A DNA stretch of 54,847 nucleotides from Chrysochromulina tobinii. Lineage: Eukaryota. The notes under the pieces are model-generated. The model ran no database searches and was not told the DNA's origin. It saw only the letters and a program-made list of their open reading frames with translations. The stretch is from the NCBI GenBank assembly GCA_001275005.1, contig JWZX01002689.1:1-54847 (forward strand). The letters run 5' to 3'. Made by a program: the position numbers and the translations under genes. Below are positions 21,501 through 32,737 of this stretch, one piece after another; the first letter of the stretch is position 1; each line of letters begins with the position of its first letter.

Positions 21501-24500
21501 CGCGCTCCTGAATGGCGGTTGTGAGCTTCTTCTCGAGCTCCTTCTTGACACGCTGCAGCTCCTGCTCGGCCTCGGCGGCCTCGTCGGTCGCCTTCTTGAG
21601 AAGTTGCTCGTGCGTGAGCTCCATATGCGCGTGGGCCTCCGCGTCCCACGAGTGCTTCCAATGGCCGTACGATCGGATGAGCTTGGGCTTGGTAAGCCGC
21701 AAAGCCGCCTTCTTGAGCAGGTTGCGCTGATACACCTTGTGAGACCACATCTCATGCCAAGCCGACCAGCCCATTGCAAGCTTCTGATTCATCATACGCT
21801 TGATGCCCTGCTGGCCCAGAGCTTGCACGCGCTTCTCCTTCTCACGCTCAAGCTCCTCTTGGGCGAGGCGCATCATCTCGGCTTCCTGGCCGCGCCCGTC
21901 CAGCATCGCCGCACGCGCGTCGTCTAGCTCCTTTTCAAGCTTTGCCACTTTGGCCTCGGCCGTGGCGCGCTTTGTCGCCTCGTCGTACAGCTTCTGCTCC
22001 TGCGTCAACGAGGAGAGCCGGCCAACCTCTGCCATGAAGTCGTGCTTCCATTGCTGGTACGACGCGACGAGCTTGGGCTTGGTCAGGCGCGCAGCCGCCT
22101 TCTTGAGCAGGTTGCGCTGGCGCACCACGTCTGACCACATCTCATGCCATGCTGACCAGCCCATCGCGAGCTTCTGGTTCATCATGCGTTTGAGCCCCTG
22201 CTGGCCGAGCGCTTGCACGCGCTTCTCCTTCTCACGCTCAAGCTCCTCCTCGGCAAGGCGCAAGAGCTCAGCTTCCTGGCCGCGGCCTGCGAGCATGGCC
22301 TTGCGCGCCTCGGCGAGCTCCTGAGTAAGCTGCTTAACCTGCGCAACAAGCGAGCCCTGCTTGGCAGCCTCCGCCTCGAGACGCGCTGCCGCCTGTGACG
22401 CAGCATCTGCTCCCATGAACTCCGTCCAGCCGTGCTTCCAGAGCGAGTACGACGCGATCAGCTTGGGCTTGGTCAGGCGCGCAGCCGCCTTCTTGAGCAG
22501 GTTGCGCTGATGCACCTTGTGGGACCACATATCATGCCATGCCGACCAGCCCATCGCGAGCTTCTGGTTCATCATGCGCTTGAGCCCCTGCTGGCCCAGA
22601 GCTTGCACGCGCTTCTCCTTCTCGGCCTCGAGCTTCTTCTGCATCTCTATCTCGGCCGCCGCCATGCCACCGTCGAGTGCCGTCAGGCGACGCAGCAGGT
22701 CATCGCGCTCCTTGTGTGCAACGGCAAGCTTCTTCTCGCTCTCGACATGCACGCGCTCCAGCTCCTTTTCCAACGCTGTGCGCCGCTCGGCGTGGTTCAT
22801 TTCGTGGCTGGCATACGTCTCGAGCTGCGCCGCGGCCATCGCTCGTTCCCAGTCGTGCTTCCAATGCGAGAGCGCTTGAATGAGCTTGGGCTTGGTCAGC
22901 CGCGCGCCCGCCTTCTTGAGCAGGTTGCGCTGGTGCACCTTGTGAGCCCACATCTCGTGCCATGCCGACCAGCCCATTGCGAGCTTCTGATTCATCATAC
23001 GCTTGATGCCCTGCTGGCCAAGCGCCTCGACGCGCTTCGCCTTCTCTTTCTCGAGCTCCTCCTCCTGCAGCCGCCTGAGCTCCGCCGTTCGCCCATCACC
23101 GTTGAGCATGGCCTTTCGGGCGTCCTCGAGCTCCTTGCGGAGCTTGCGAACCTCAGCCTCGGCAGCTGTGCGCGCTTTGAGCTCTTCAACGTACTTTTGC
23201 TCCACCGTCATCGCTGCTGCGGCACCAAGCGTTGCCGTCCAGTCGTGCTTCCAGTGCGAGAGCGCTTGAATGAGCTTGGGCTTCGTCAGCCGCGCGCCTG
23301 CCTTCTTGAGCAGGTTGCGCTGATGCACCTTGTGAGACCACATCTCATGCCATGCCGACCAGCCCATCGCGAGCTTCTGATTCATCATACGCTTGATGCC
23401 CTGCTGGCCCAGAGCTTGCACGCGCTTCTCCTTCTCCTTCTCCAACTCCTCTTCACGCAGCCGCTGCAGCTCCGCCTCGCGGCCGTTGCCGTTGAGCATT
23501 GCCGTGCGCGCTGCGTCGAGCTCGGTCCGCAACTTGAGCACCTCCTTGCGAAGGTCGGCGTTGATCGCATCGCGCTCGGCCGCTGCCTGGGCTGCCTTCT
23601 CGGCGAGCGTCATCTTCGCTGATGCCGCCTTGTCGGTAGCCCAGTCTTGTTTCCAGTGCGAGTACGTCTGAGTAAGCTTGGGCTTGGTCAGCCGCGCGCC
23701 TGCCTTCTTGAGCAGGTTGCGTTGGTGAACCTTGTGGGACCACATCTCATGCCACGCCGACCAGCCCATTGCGAGCTTCTGGTTCATCATGCGCTTGAGC
23801 CCCTGCTTGCCGAGCGCCTCGACACGCTTGAGCTTCTCCCTCTCAAGCTCCTCCTCGGCAAGACGCTTGAGCTCAGCCTCACGCCCGCCACCGGCGAGCA
23901 TGGCGGCCCGCGCCTCGGCGAGCTCCTTCTTCACCTTAGTCAGCTCGACAAGCACCTTGTCCATCTCGGCACTCTGGCTCGAAAGCTGACCCGCCTTCTC
24001 TGCCTGGGCTTCCTTCAACATCTCCATCTCCCAGTCCCGCTTCCATTGCTGGTACGACCCGATGAGCTTGGGCTTGGTCAGGCGCGCGCCTGCCTTCTTG
24101 AGCAGGTTGCGTTGGTGAACCTTGTGGGACCACATCTCATGCCATGCCGACCAGCCCATTGCAAGCTTCTGATTCATCATGCGCTTGATGCCCTGCTGGC
24201 CGAGCGCCTCGACGCGCTTCTCCTTCTCGGCCTCGAGCTGCCTCTGCATCTCCATCTCGGCTGCCGCCTTGCCGCCGTCGAGGGCGTAGATGCGCTTGAG
24301 GAGCTCGTCACGCTCCTTGACCAGGGCGGCGATCTTCTTGGCACTCTCAGCCTCCACGCGCTCGAGCTGCTGGCCCAGAGACTCGTAGCTCGAGGCCGCC
24401 GCTTTCTGCGCCTGTGCCTGCAGCGTCAGGTCAAAGTCTTTGAACCAATGAGAGTAGGCGGCCGAGAGCTTGGGCTTTGTGAGCCGGTTGGCGGCCTGGA

Positions 24501-27500
24501 GCAGAACGCCACGCTCATAACGCCTGGCCTCATACTTGTCAAACCATGTCGTCCACGCAGCGGTGAGTGCCTTGTTGAACACACGGGAGATTGCGCGCTT
24601 CTGCACGATCGCAATGCGCTCCTGCCTCTCCGACTCGAGCTTTTCGGCCAGCCGGCGCTGGATCTCGGCTTCGCGTCCGCCGCCGTTCATAGCGAGCTCG
24701 CGCGTGTGCTTGAGCTCGGCGGTGAGCTTCGCAAGCTTCTCCTCGAGCTCCTGACGAGCGAAGACCTCGGCCGCGAGCCTCTGTTCGCCCGTCATGGACA
24801 TCTGCGCCGCAGCGAAGCTCTCCCAGTCCTTCTTCCACTGCGAATAAGATTGGATGAGCTTGGGCTTGGTCAGCCGCGCGCCCGCCTTTTTAAGCAGGTT
24901 GCGCTGATGCACCTTGTGAGACCACATCTCATGCCAAGCCGACCAGCCCATTGCGAGCTTCTGGTTCATCATGCGCTTGATGCCCTGCTGGCCCAGAGCT
25001 TGCACGCGCTTCTCCTTCTCCCTCTCGAGCTCCTCTTGGGCGAGGCGCTGCAGCTCCGCCTCGCGGCCACTGCCGTTGAGCATTGCCTTTCGGGCGTCTT
25101 CGAGCTCCATGCGGAGCTTGGCATTCTCGGCTTCCGAAGCCTCGCGTGCCTTCAGCTCGGTGACATACTTCTCCTCGATAGTCATCGAGGCCAAAGCGGT
25201 CAACTCCGATTCCCAGTCCTTCTTCCACTGCGAATAAGATTGGATAAGCTTGGGCTTCGTCAGCCGCGCGCCTGCCTTCTTGAGCAGGTTGCGCTGATGC
25301 ACCTTGTGAGACCACATCTCGTGCCAAGCCGACCAGCCCATTGCAAGCTTCTGATTCATCATGCGCTTGATGCCCTGCTGGCCCAGAGCTTGCACGCGCT
25401 TCTCCTTCTCCTTCTCCAACTCCTCTTCACGCAGCCGCTGCAGCTCCGCCTCGCGGCCGTTGCCATCGAGCATTGCCGTGCGCGCCGCATCGAGCTCGGT
25501 CCGCAACTTGAGCACCTCCTTGCGAAGGTCGGCGTTGATCGCATCGCGCTCGGCCGCTGCCTGGGCTGCCTTCTCGTCGAGCGTCATCTTCGCTGATGCC
25601 GCCTTGTCGGTAGCCCAGTCTTGTTTCCAGTGCGAGTACGTCTGAGTAAGCTTGGGCTTGGTCAGCCGCGCGCCTGCCTTCTTGAGCAGGTTGCGTTGGT
25701 GAACCTTGTGAGACCACATCTCATGCCAAGCCGACCAGCCCATTGCAAGCTTCTGGTTCATCATACGCTTGAGCCCCTGCTTGCCGAGCGCCTCGACACG
25801 CTTGAGCTTCTCCCTCTCAAGCTCCTCCTCGGCAAGACGCTTGAGCTCAGCCTCACGCCCGCCACCGGCGAGCATGGCGGCCCGCGCCTCGGCGAGCTCC
25901 TTCGTGAGCTTGTCGACCTGCTTCGCCAGATCCGAGGCATCCTTGACACGCTCGGCCAGCTCCCGCTCGCGCTTCTGCTCCTTGGTCAGGAACTTGGAGG
26001 CCGCCTGGTCGGCGTCCCAGTCGCGCTTCCAGTGCCCATACGATTGGATGAGCTTGGGCTTGGTCAGGCGCGCAGCCGCCTTCTTGAGCAGGTTGCGCTG
26101 GCGCACCACGTCTGACCACATCTCGTGCCATGCCGACCAGCCCATCGCGAGCTTCTGGTTCATCATGCGCTTGAGCCCCTGCGAGCCCAGTGCCTCGACG
26201 CGCTTGAGCTTCTCCCTCTCAAGCTCCTCCTCGGCAAGGCGCTTGAGCTCAGCCTCACGGCTCGAGCCGTCGAGCGCAGCCTTGCGCAGGTCCGAGAGCT
26301 CCTTGCGCAGCCTGTTAAGCTCCATCTCCGTCTCGCGGTGGCGATGCTGCTCGTCGGCCAGCTGCTGGGCGACGGACATTGTCTTGAGCTTGGCGAATTC
26401 TGCGCCCCAGCTGGCGCGCCAGTGTCGGTACGATGCGACGAGCTTGGGCTTGGTCAGGCGCGCACCCGCCGCCTTGAGCATATTGAGTCGGCGCACCTTT
26501 TCGGCCCACATCGTGTGCCAGCCCGACCAGCCCATCGCGAGCTTCTGGTTCATCATGCGCTTGAGCCCCTGGCTGCCGAGCGCCTCGATCCGCTTCTCCT
26601 TCTCCTTCTCGAGCTGCTCCTGCGCCAGGCGCATGATCTCACGCTCGCGTCCCGTTCCCGTGAGCGCCGATTCGCGCGCGTGCTTGAGCTCCAGGCGTAA
26701 AGAGTCAAGCTCCTGCATGGCGATCTTGTACTTGGCCTGTTCCTCGGCGAGCAGCTGGTCCGTCGACTTGGCCGCCTGCACGAGCTTGTCCGCCGCCCAC
26801 AACTGCTTCCACTCTGAGTAGGACGCGATGAGCTTGGGCTTGGTCAGCCGAGCGCCCGCCTTCTTGAGCAGGTTGCGTTGGCGCACGTTTTCGAACCACA
26901 TCTCATGCCAGCCCGACCAGCCCATTGCAAGCTTCTGGTTCATCATGCGCTTGAGCCCCTGCTGGCCGAGCGCCTCGACGCGCTTCTCCTTTTCGGCCTC
27001 GAGCTGCTGATGCATGCGCTGCTCGGCATCAGCCCTACCGCCGTCCATTTGCTGAATCTGCGCAAGAGCTCGCTTGAGCTCCGACGCCAGATCGTCGAGC
27101 TCGCTCTGCAGGCGGCTCTCGTTGGCGCGCGCCTCGCTCAGCTGCTGGTTCTCGCTCTTGCCCAACTGTGCAAGGGAGGGCCACAGGCACGAGCGGATCA
27201 GAAGAAGGGCTAGCATCTCGCATGAATGTGCACGTTCACGACAGAAGGCACGGTATGGGTAGACACGGAGCGACGAGCGGACGGGGCGAGCGTGCTCCGA
27301 TTCGCACCTTGGCCTTCTCGCCGGCCGTCCATTCACGCCGCCAAGAGGCATACGCGGCCGACAGCTTTGGACGTGTGAGGCGGTTCGCTGCCGCCTTTAG
27401 CAGCCGGAGGCGGCGGCGCTTCTCGATCCACGGCTCGTGCCACGCGGACCAGCCCATGGCGAGCTTTTGGTTGAGCATGCGCTTGAGGCCGACCTTGCCA

Positions 27501-28836
27501 AGCTGCTCGATGCGCTTCTCCCTCTCGAGCTCGCGCGCGTGCTCCACCCCGGCCTTGGCCTCGTTCTCCAAGCGCGACGCATCGGTCAGGCGCATACGCC
27601 TCTCGTGCTCAAGGGCCGACTCGGAGCCGTCTCGCAGGCTGGCGATCACGTCTTGCAACTCGCGGACCTCATCGTGGTGCGCGCGACGCGCGTCCTTGAG
27701 CGCTTGGTCACTGGCGCCCTTGGCATGGCTCGTCTCTTCGAGCGCTCGCGAGGCGACTTCGAGCTTGAAAGACGTGTCGTCGAGCTGCTCCTTGAGAGAG
27801 CTGACTTCGCGCTGCAGCTGGCGGATGAGCGCATCCTTGGCGTCCATCTCTGCACGCATGCCCGCGGCCGCCGCGTCGGTGTCCGACTCGAGCTTACGCA
27901 GCTCGGTCTCGAGGGCGCGCCGCTGCTCCGCCATGGCGCGCGCCAGCTGCTTCTCGCCCTCCCTCCGTTCGGTGGCCACTTGATGCGCTTCCTCGCGGGC
28001 GCGCTGCACGTCGATGAGGGCTAGCTCTTCGCCTACGCGTGCGAGCTGACGCTCCTCGCGTTCCTTTGCGAGGCGGTCCTGGGCGGCACGCAGCACGGCG
28101 GCAGTCACGCTCAGCTCGTACTGCAGCTCCTCGGCTGCGGGCCGCCGCGCGCCCGGCGTCGTGAGCACCGTCGACAGGTGCGGAGCTGCCAGGAGATGCT
28201 CCCCGGGCGTGAGCACTCCATGATAGCCCTTGGGAGCAGGCGCAGAGCCCGGGCGGTACACCTGCATCGCGCCCGTGTAGGGTGATGGTCGGCCGCCGCT
28301 GCCGCGCATCACCGCCGCCGAGGTCGGCCGCCCCGGCGCATGCGGCAGCGTCGAGGCGAGTGGCTGCGGTGAGAAGTCGACGATGGTCATCGTCCCCTCG
28401 GGCGGCGTGACGTAGTTGCTGCCGGGCCGTGACTTCGGGCGGCCGCGGGTCGGGCGCGGGCCTGGCGTGGGCGACTCCTGCAGCACTTCGATGTTGTCTG
28501 AGACGATTGTGAACATGTCGGCTGGAGCGGCTGGAGCAGAAGGCTTGGGGCCTCCGCCGCTCGACCATGCGGTGGGCACAGGCTCGCGATGGCTCGAGGT
28601 CTCATAGCGCGAGCGTGGCGGTAAGACGACAACTGGCGCTCCGGCCGCCCTGCAGAGAAGAAGGAAGCGAGGGGCAATACACGTGAGAGCTTGTTGGTAA
28701 TGCGTGAGGCGCACGTGCAAGCGAGGCGGTGCGAGAGCGAATGATGACTCCTTTGCGGGACGGGCGGACGCCGGGCGCACATGTTGTTTGTCGACCCGTC
28801 AGCATTGTCGTAGCGCGCCACGTAGCTGCCGAACAT
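18583..28836 (-). CDS. Giant (~3,326 aa) Sfi1-like repeat / coiled-coil protein with six C-terminal EF-hands; exons 28836-28781, 28649-27308, 27165-18583
   Basis: Two GT-AG introns join three ORF segments in frame (NNM|AAGAP split codon, and EKAK|LGKS phase 0). About 19 modules of RMMNQKLAMGWSAWHEMW...ARLTKPKLIQSYSQWKKDW. EF loops DADGSGEIDRKE, DPNKSGSIDFEE, DEDGNSELGFDE, DLDGGGTVDLAE, DDDKSGFIDVSE, DPDGSGKLDYRE. Confidence 0.88.
27166..27307 (-). other. Spliceosomal intron (142 nt), phase 0
   Basis: Donor AAG|GTGCGA, pyrimidine-rich acceptor CCCTCCCTTGCACAG|TTG. Removing it fuses ORF 27236..28780 to ORF 18583..27351 in frame. Confidence 0.85.
28650..28780 (-). other. Spliceosomal intron (131 nt), phase 2
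   Basis: Donor AT|GTGCGC, acceptor TTCCTTCTTCTCTGCAG|G. Removing it joins MFGSYVARYDNADGSTNN to MAAGAPVVV. Confidence 0.75.
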
Positions 28837-29379
28837 CGATCCGCCGGTTGAACAGGAACCCACAAGAGAGGGTCTGCTGCACGTAAGACGGCCTCTTTTT
28901 CCAGTGACCTGACCGAAGGCACGGCCAATAACGTTTTATTGCATGCTGCTTCTTTGAGAAACTCACGTGTCTCACACTCCGGACCAAATTGCTCCGGATC
29001 CCCAGGCACAAGGGACCAAGTATTTTGAGTGTACCTAAACCAAATTTGACTGTTCCGAAATTTAGCGGAGCCGTGCGTTACTACCGAACCTCTCTCTCTC
29101 GAGGCGCCTGCGAAGTGCGGTGGACCAACTCAATCATCACTAGCAGCTTCCCTGGTCTACCCCGCCCCGCGGTTCAAAGACACCGGGGGAGCCGGGACAC
29201 ACACAGACAGTACATGAGCTCTTTGAAGTTTGAACATTGGAACAAGCTCACCGCAGGTGTGTGGTTGTGATCAGTAGATGATGTGACCGAGGGCTCCCCG
29301 CAGGCGAGCCGACCTTCCGGACCAGCCGAGCATGCATGCATATATACCGCCCAAATTACCATATCGGGCATCGTAAACG

Positions 29380-29425
29380 CAGTTCAGTTCAGTTCAGTTC
29401 AGTTCAGTACTGAACTGAACTGAAC
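29380..29425. repeat. Head-to-head (CAGTT)n/(AACTG)n pentamer array forming a perfect palindrome centred on AGTACT
   Basis: gttcagttcagttcagtactgaactgaactgaac is self-complementary. Confidence 0.9.
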
Positions 29426-29550
29426 CAAACGTCGAGATCCATCGCACGCGCACTCATTGAGTGCTTCGAGAATCGCTCTCGTGCGCTGCGCTCGGTCGTA
29501 TTGTTGTTGTTGTTTCACGCAGGAGTGTGGCGACGTACAAACTGACGTAC

Positions 29551-30363
29551 ATGCATCAAGTTACAGCGCTCCTGGCTATCTCAGTAACCCAGAACGCCAC
29601 CCGGCACGCCACTGGCACCGTGTGCGACTTGATTTACATCGAGCTAGGCAGCAACAGAGGTGACTCACTCGAGGCATTTGTCGCCAAGAAGCCAGATGGC
29701 CACGTGCACAGAGCATTGATGGTTGCAAACCCATCTTGGTCTCCTGCACAAACATGTATTCACGCCTTCGAGCCGAATCCCAAGTGGACTCGAACGCTGC
29801 ACGACATGCGTGAACACCTTCAGCACAACGTGACCTCCATCGAGATACATACAGAAACGGCAGTAGTCCACGACGACCGGACACAAGTGGAGCTCTTCGT
29901 GGATCCTTCATCACTCAGCGAAGCGAGTAGTATCGCGTATGGGCGCAAGGGTGGCCGAACATCAACGCTGGTGCGCGGGGTGAATCTGCACAAATGGCTG
30001 GTGTCAAGATTTGCTGGCTCCTCTACGCCAATTGTGATGCGGATCGACGTTGAGGGATCCGAGTACAACCTGTTGAGATCGTTGATTTACAGGGGTACGC
30101 CAGCACTTCTCGAGCGGAATGTTCTTCACATCGCAGTGGAATGGCATAGGTATGTGAAGCACGATTCCCTCGGAGTCAACGAGACGTCATGGATGAGCGA
30201 ACTGGACGCCAACTACTCGTGGATTCGAGGAACAAACGTCATGGATACGCGTGACATGCCTCTGGAAGACACGCTCGAGAAGCAGCTGCATTACTGGCTT
30301 GCAGCTGCAGGCGTGCGGCTGTTCTGTGGGAGATGCAAAATGATTGTGGGAGATGCAAAATGA
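29551..30363 (+). CDS. FkbM-family SAM-dependent methyltransferase
   Basis: IYIELGSNRGDS, IHAFEPNP, IVMRIDVEGSEYNLL and IAVEWH motifs. Hydrophobic N-terminus. GC visibly lower than neighbouring genes. Confidence 0.8.
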   Translation: MHQVTALLAISVTQNATRHATGTVCDLIYIELGSNRGDSLEAFVAKKPDGHVHRALMVANPSWSPAQTCIHAFEPNPKWTRTLHDMREHLQHNVTSIEIHTETAVVHDDRTQVELFVDPSSLSEASSIAYGRKGGRTSTLVRGVNLHKWLVSRFAGSSTPIVMRIDVEGSEYNLLRSLIYRGTPALLERNVLHIAVEWHRYVKHDSLGVNETSWMSELDANYSWIRGTNVMDTRDMPLEDTLEKQLHYWLAAAGVRLFCGRCKMIVGDAK

Positions 30364-30807
30364 GAGTTCTTGTGTTGACCGAGGGGAGCGGAGCCGCCCT
30401 TTGAGCTTACTCCCCCACCCCTTTCCAAGCTATTTGTAGGGGAGGTGTAGTGAGCACGGGGGGACCGCGACGAAACTGACTGACTGACTGAGTATGGGAA
30501 CCTGAGTGTGGGAACCTGACCCTCTATCGCTATGGACGGAGGTGTATATAAGGTGTGGCCGCATCGGCCGCATGCTGCCGAGTTTCTAATCGTAATCCCG
30601 CAATTTTAGAACATGTTCTTGAAGGACACAACCCATGCAAGCAAACAGCTTCGATTGATGTGTTGTTTGCAATTGCGAATTGGTTGTTTTACTAATGAGC
30701 TTGCTTGCTTGACATGTTGACAACAAAATGAAAATCTGGGTCCTAGGTTCCTATACTTGTACCAAGCAAGCAAGAGAGTTATCAGCACCGCCCGGGGCTC
30801 TAACTTC

Positions 30808-32664
30808 TCAATCTGCCCATTCGACCGCCTGTGACGGTGGACCAGCGGATGGCACCGTACCAGCGGGTGGTGGGGCGGGCGGACCCAATGGCGGACCCAC
30901 GGGCGGCACTGGACGCGGTGGCGGCGGACCCGCGGGCGGCGGCGGACCCACGGGCGGCACTGGACGCGGTGGCGGCGGACCCGCGGGCGGCGGCGGACGC
31001 GGGGGCGGCACTGGACCCGCGGGCGGCGGCGGACGCGGGGGCGGCGGCGGACGCGGGGGCGGCGGCGGACGCGGGGGCGGACCAATACCAAGCATGGCTC
31101 CCGTGCCCTGTCCACGTGCGCCACCGACCGCCTGCAGGCCCTGCCCGACGGCTCGAGCGCCCTGCTGGATTGGCAACAGGGGCGAGGCTGGGGATGGTGA
31201 GTGCGACTGGGGCGTAGCCGTTGGCAGTGGCTGGGTGGGCAGTGGCTGCGTGGGCAGTTGCGGACTCGCGGACGTTTCAGCGGACGTTACCCCCAGAGGA
31301 GGCGGGCCGTACGGCGGCGACGGGCGTTGCGGCGGATAACCGTTTGGATCCTCCAGCAATACCATGTAGGCTGCCACGCCCTCGAGGCTGATGCTTGTGC
31401 CCAGCTGCGCCGGCGGGCCTGCCGCGGCCGGCGCGGCGGCAGTCGGCAGGCCCTCGCCGCTCTCAGGCCGCTCAGCCGAAGACGCGTCGAGCTTGGTCCA
31501 GAAAGTCGTCTCCAACTCTGATGCGGCCTCGGGCCAAGGGGCGCCCGGCACGACGCGACGCCCCTCGTCGCCACAGCCGTCCGCCCGGCACGACGCTCCT
31601 TCCACCAAACCGGGCCGTGGCGTCTCGCACTTGTCAACGTGCATGCGGCCACCACGCGCCTCGCCGCTGAGCAGACTTGTCTCCCTCTGGGTCCCTTCTC
31701 GGGGATGATCTCGCGGATGATCTCGGGGATGATCTCGGGGGTCGACGCGCCTCAAGCTCCGAAGGAGATCGCGATCTCCCAAGCGATCTCCCAAGCGCCG
31801 TCCCAAGGCCTGCTCCGTTGGCGTCGGTTGCGAGCGCGCGAGCAGCGAGCCGAGCGCGCGCAGCAGCGACACATCCTGCGCCGATCGGCACGGGGGCCGA
31901 GCCACCACTCCGCCATCGTCGTCAACAAAGCCCAGATCTTCGAGAAGGCTGACGCCGCCTGGCGCGTGCAGCACGGCGGCGACCTCGGCCGACGAGAGGA
32001 CGCACGCTGTCTTGGGCGCGTTCAGGGCTCGACGGATGGCCGCCAAGAGCACGCTCAGAGTGGCGCTGGCCACCTCGAGGCTGCTTGCCGTGCCGATGAG
32101 GTGTGGCAGCGTGACTGCCGTGAGCCGCTGCAGCCGATCAGAAATGCCGGACGAGGACAGCGCGTGGCCAGTGAGAAATGCCTCGCCCACGGCAGAGGCT
32201 ATGCTTCCGGCTCGCGCAGCAGGCGACGAGGGAATGCACAGGCACGTGACGAGGCTCACGGCTGCATCGCGCGGCGTCTGGCAGAGCATGCAGTCGCGGT
32301 GGAAAATGGAATTGCAATAGCTGCAGCTGTTGCAGCACCATCGGCACAGTGGGCCATGCGTTGCGTCTAGGGCATCGGCAGCAGCTCGGAGGGCAGCAGC
32401 TGACCTCCATGGCATCGGCGGTGGCGGCCGTTCTTCTCGTTCTTCTCGCCTCCCTTTGGGTGGCCGGCACGGTCGCCGCTGCGGCGGCTGAGTCTTGGTG
32501 CAGATCGACGCGATGAGCATGTCCTCTTCGAGACGTGTTGAAGGCTGCCGCAGGATGTCCCTTCTTGGCAAGTAAGGTATGAAGTCGACCTCCCGGTCCA
32601 GGAGCACATCAGCGTGCCACATGTGCGGCGAGTTCGACCGGATGAAGGACCCATCATGGTACAT
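30808..32664 (-). CDS. RanBP2/NZF-type zinc finger + PUB-like domain + proline-rich protein
   Basis: WCCNSCSYCNSIFHRDCMLCQTPR zinc finger; VLHAPGGVSLLEDLGF is PUB-like; C-terminal PPPRPPPP repeats. Start at 32664 or 32415. Confidence 0.6.
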   Translation of the reverse strand: MYHDGSFIRSNSPHMWHADVLLDREVDFIPYLPRRDILRQPSTRLEEDMLIASICTKTQPPQRRPCRPPKGRREEREERPPPPMPWRSAAALRAAADALDATHGPLCRWCCNSCSYCNSIFHRDCMLCQTPRDAAVSLVTCLCIPSSPAARAGSIASAVGEAFLTGHALSSSGISDRLQRLTAVTLPHLIGTASSLEVASATLSVLLAAIRRALNAPKTACVLSSAEVAAVLHAPGGVSLLEDLGFVDDDGGVVARPPCRSAQDVSLLRALGSLLARSQPTPTEQALGRRLGDRLGDRDLLRSLRRVDPRDHPRDHPRDHPREGTQRETSLLSGEARGGRMHVDKCETPRPGLVEGASCRADGCGDEGRRVVPGAPWPEAASELETTFWTKLDASSAERPESGEGLPTAAAPAAAGPPAQLGTSISLEGVAAYMVLLEDPNGYPPQRPSPPYGPPPLGVTSAETSASPQLPTQPLPTQPLPTATPQSHSPSPASPLLPIQQGARAVGQGLQAVGGARGQGTGAMLGIGPPPRPPPPPRPPPPPRPPPPAGPVPPPRPPPPAGPPPPRPVPPVGPPPPAGPPPPRPVPPVGPPLGPPAPPPAGTVPSAGPPSQAVEWAD

Positions 32665-32737
32665 GGAAATGCTTTGGCTTTCTTGAATCCGTGTGCGTGA
32701 ACGTGAACGCAGGACCCTGCTACATGCAAAGTTGTAT

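Noticed and set aside
20000..27000. Regularly spaced near-identical DNA repeats resembling a CRISPR array or repeat-spacer system
   Set aside because: The units are about 400 nt, in frame and protein-coding, with synonymous variation. There are no cas genes and the context is eukaryotic.
19571..27213. Many long plus-strand ORFs opposite the giant gene
   Set aside because: Ser/Leu-rich antisense shadows expected from GC-rich Glu/Lys/Ala codons.
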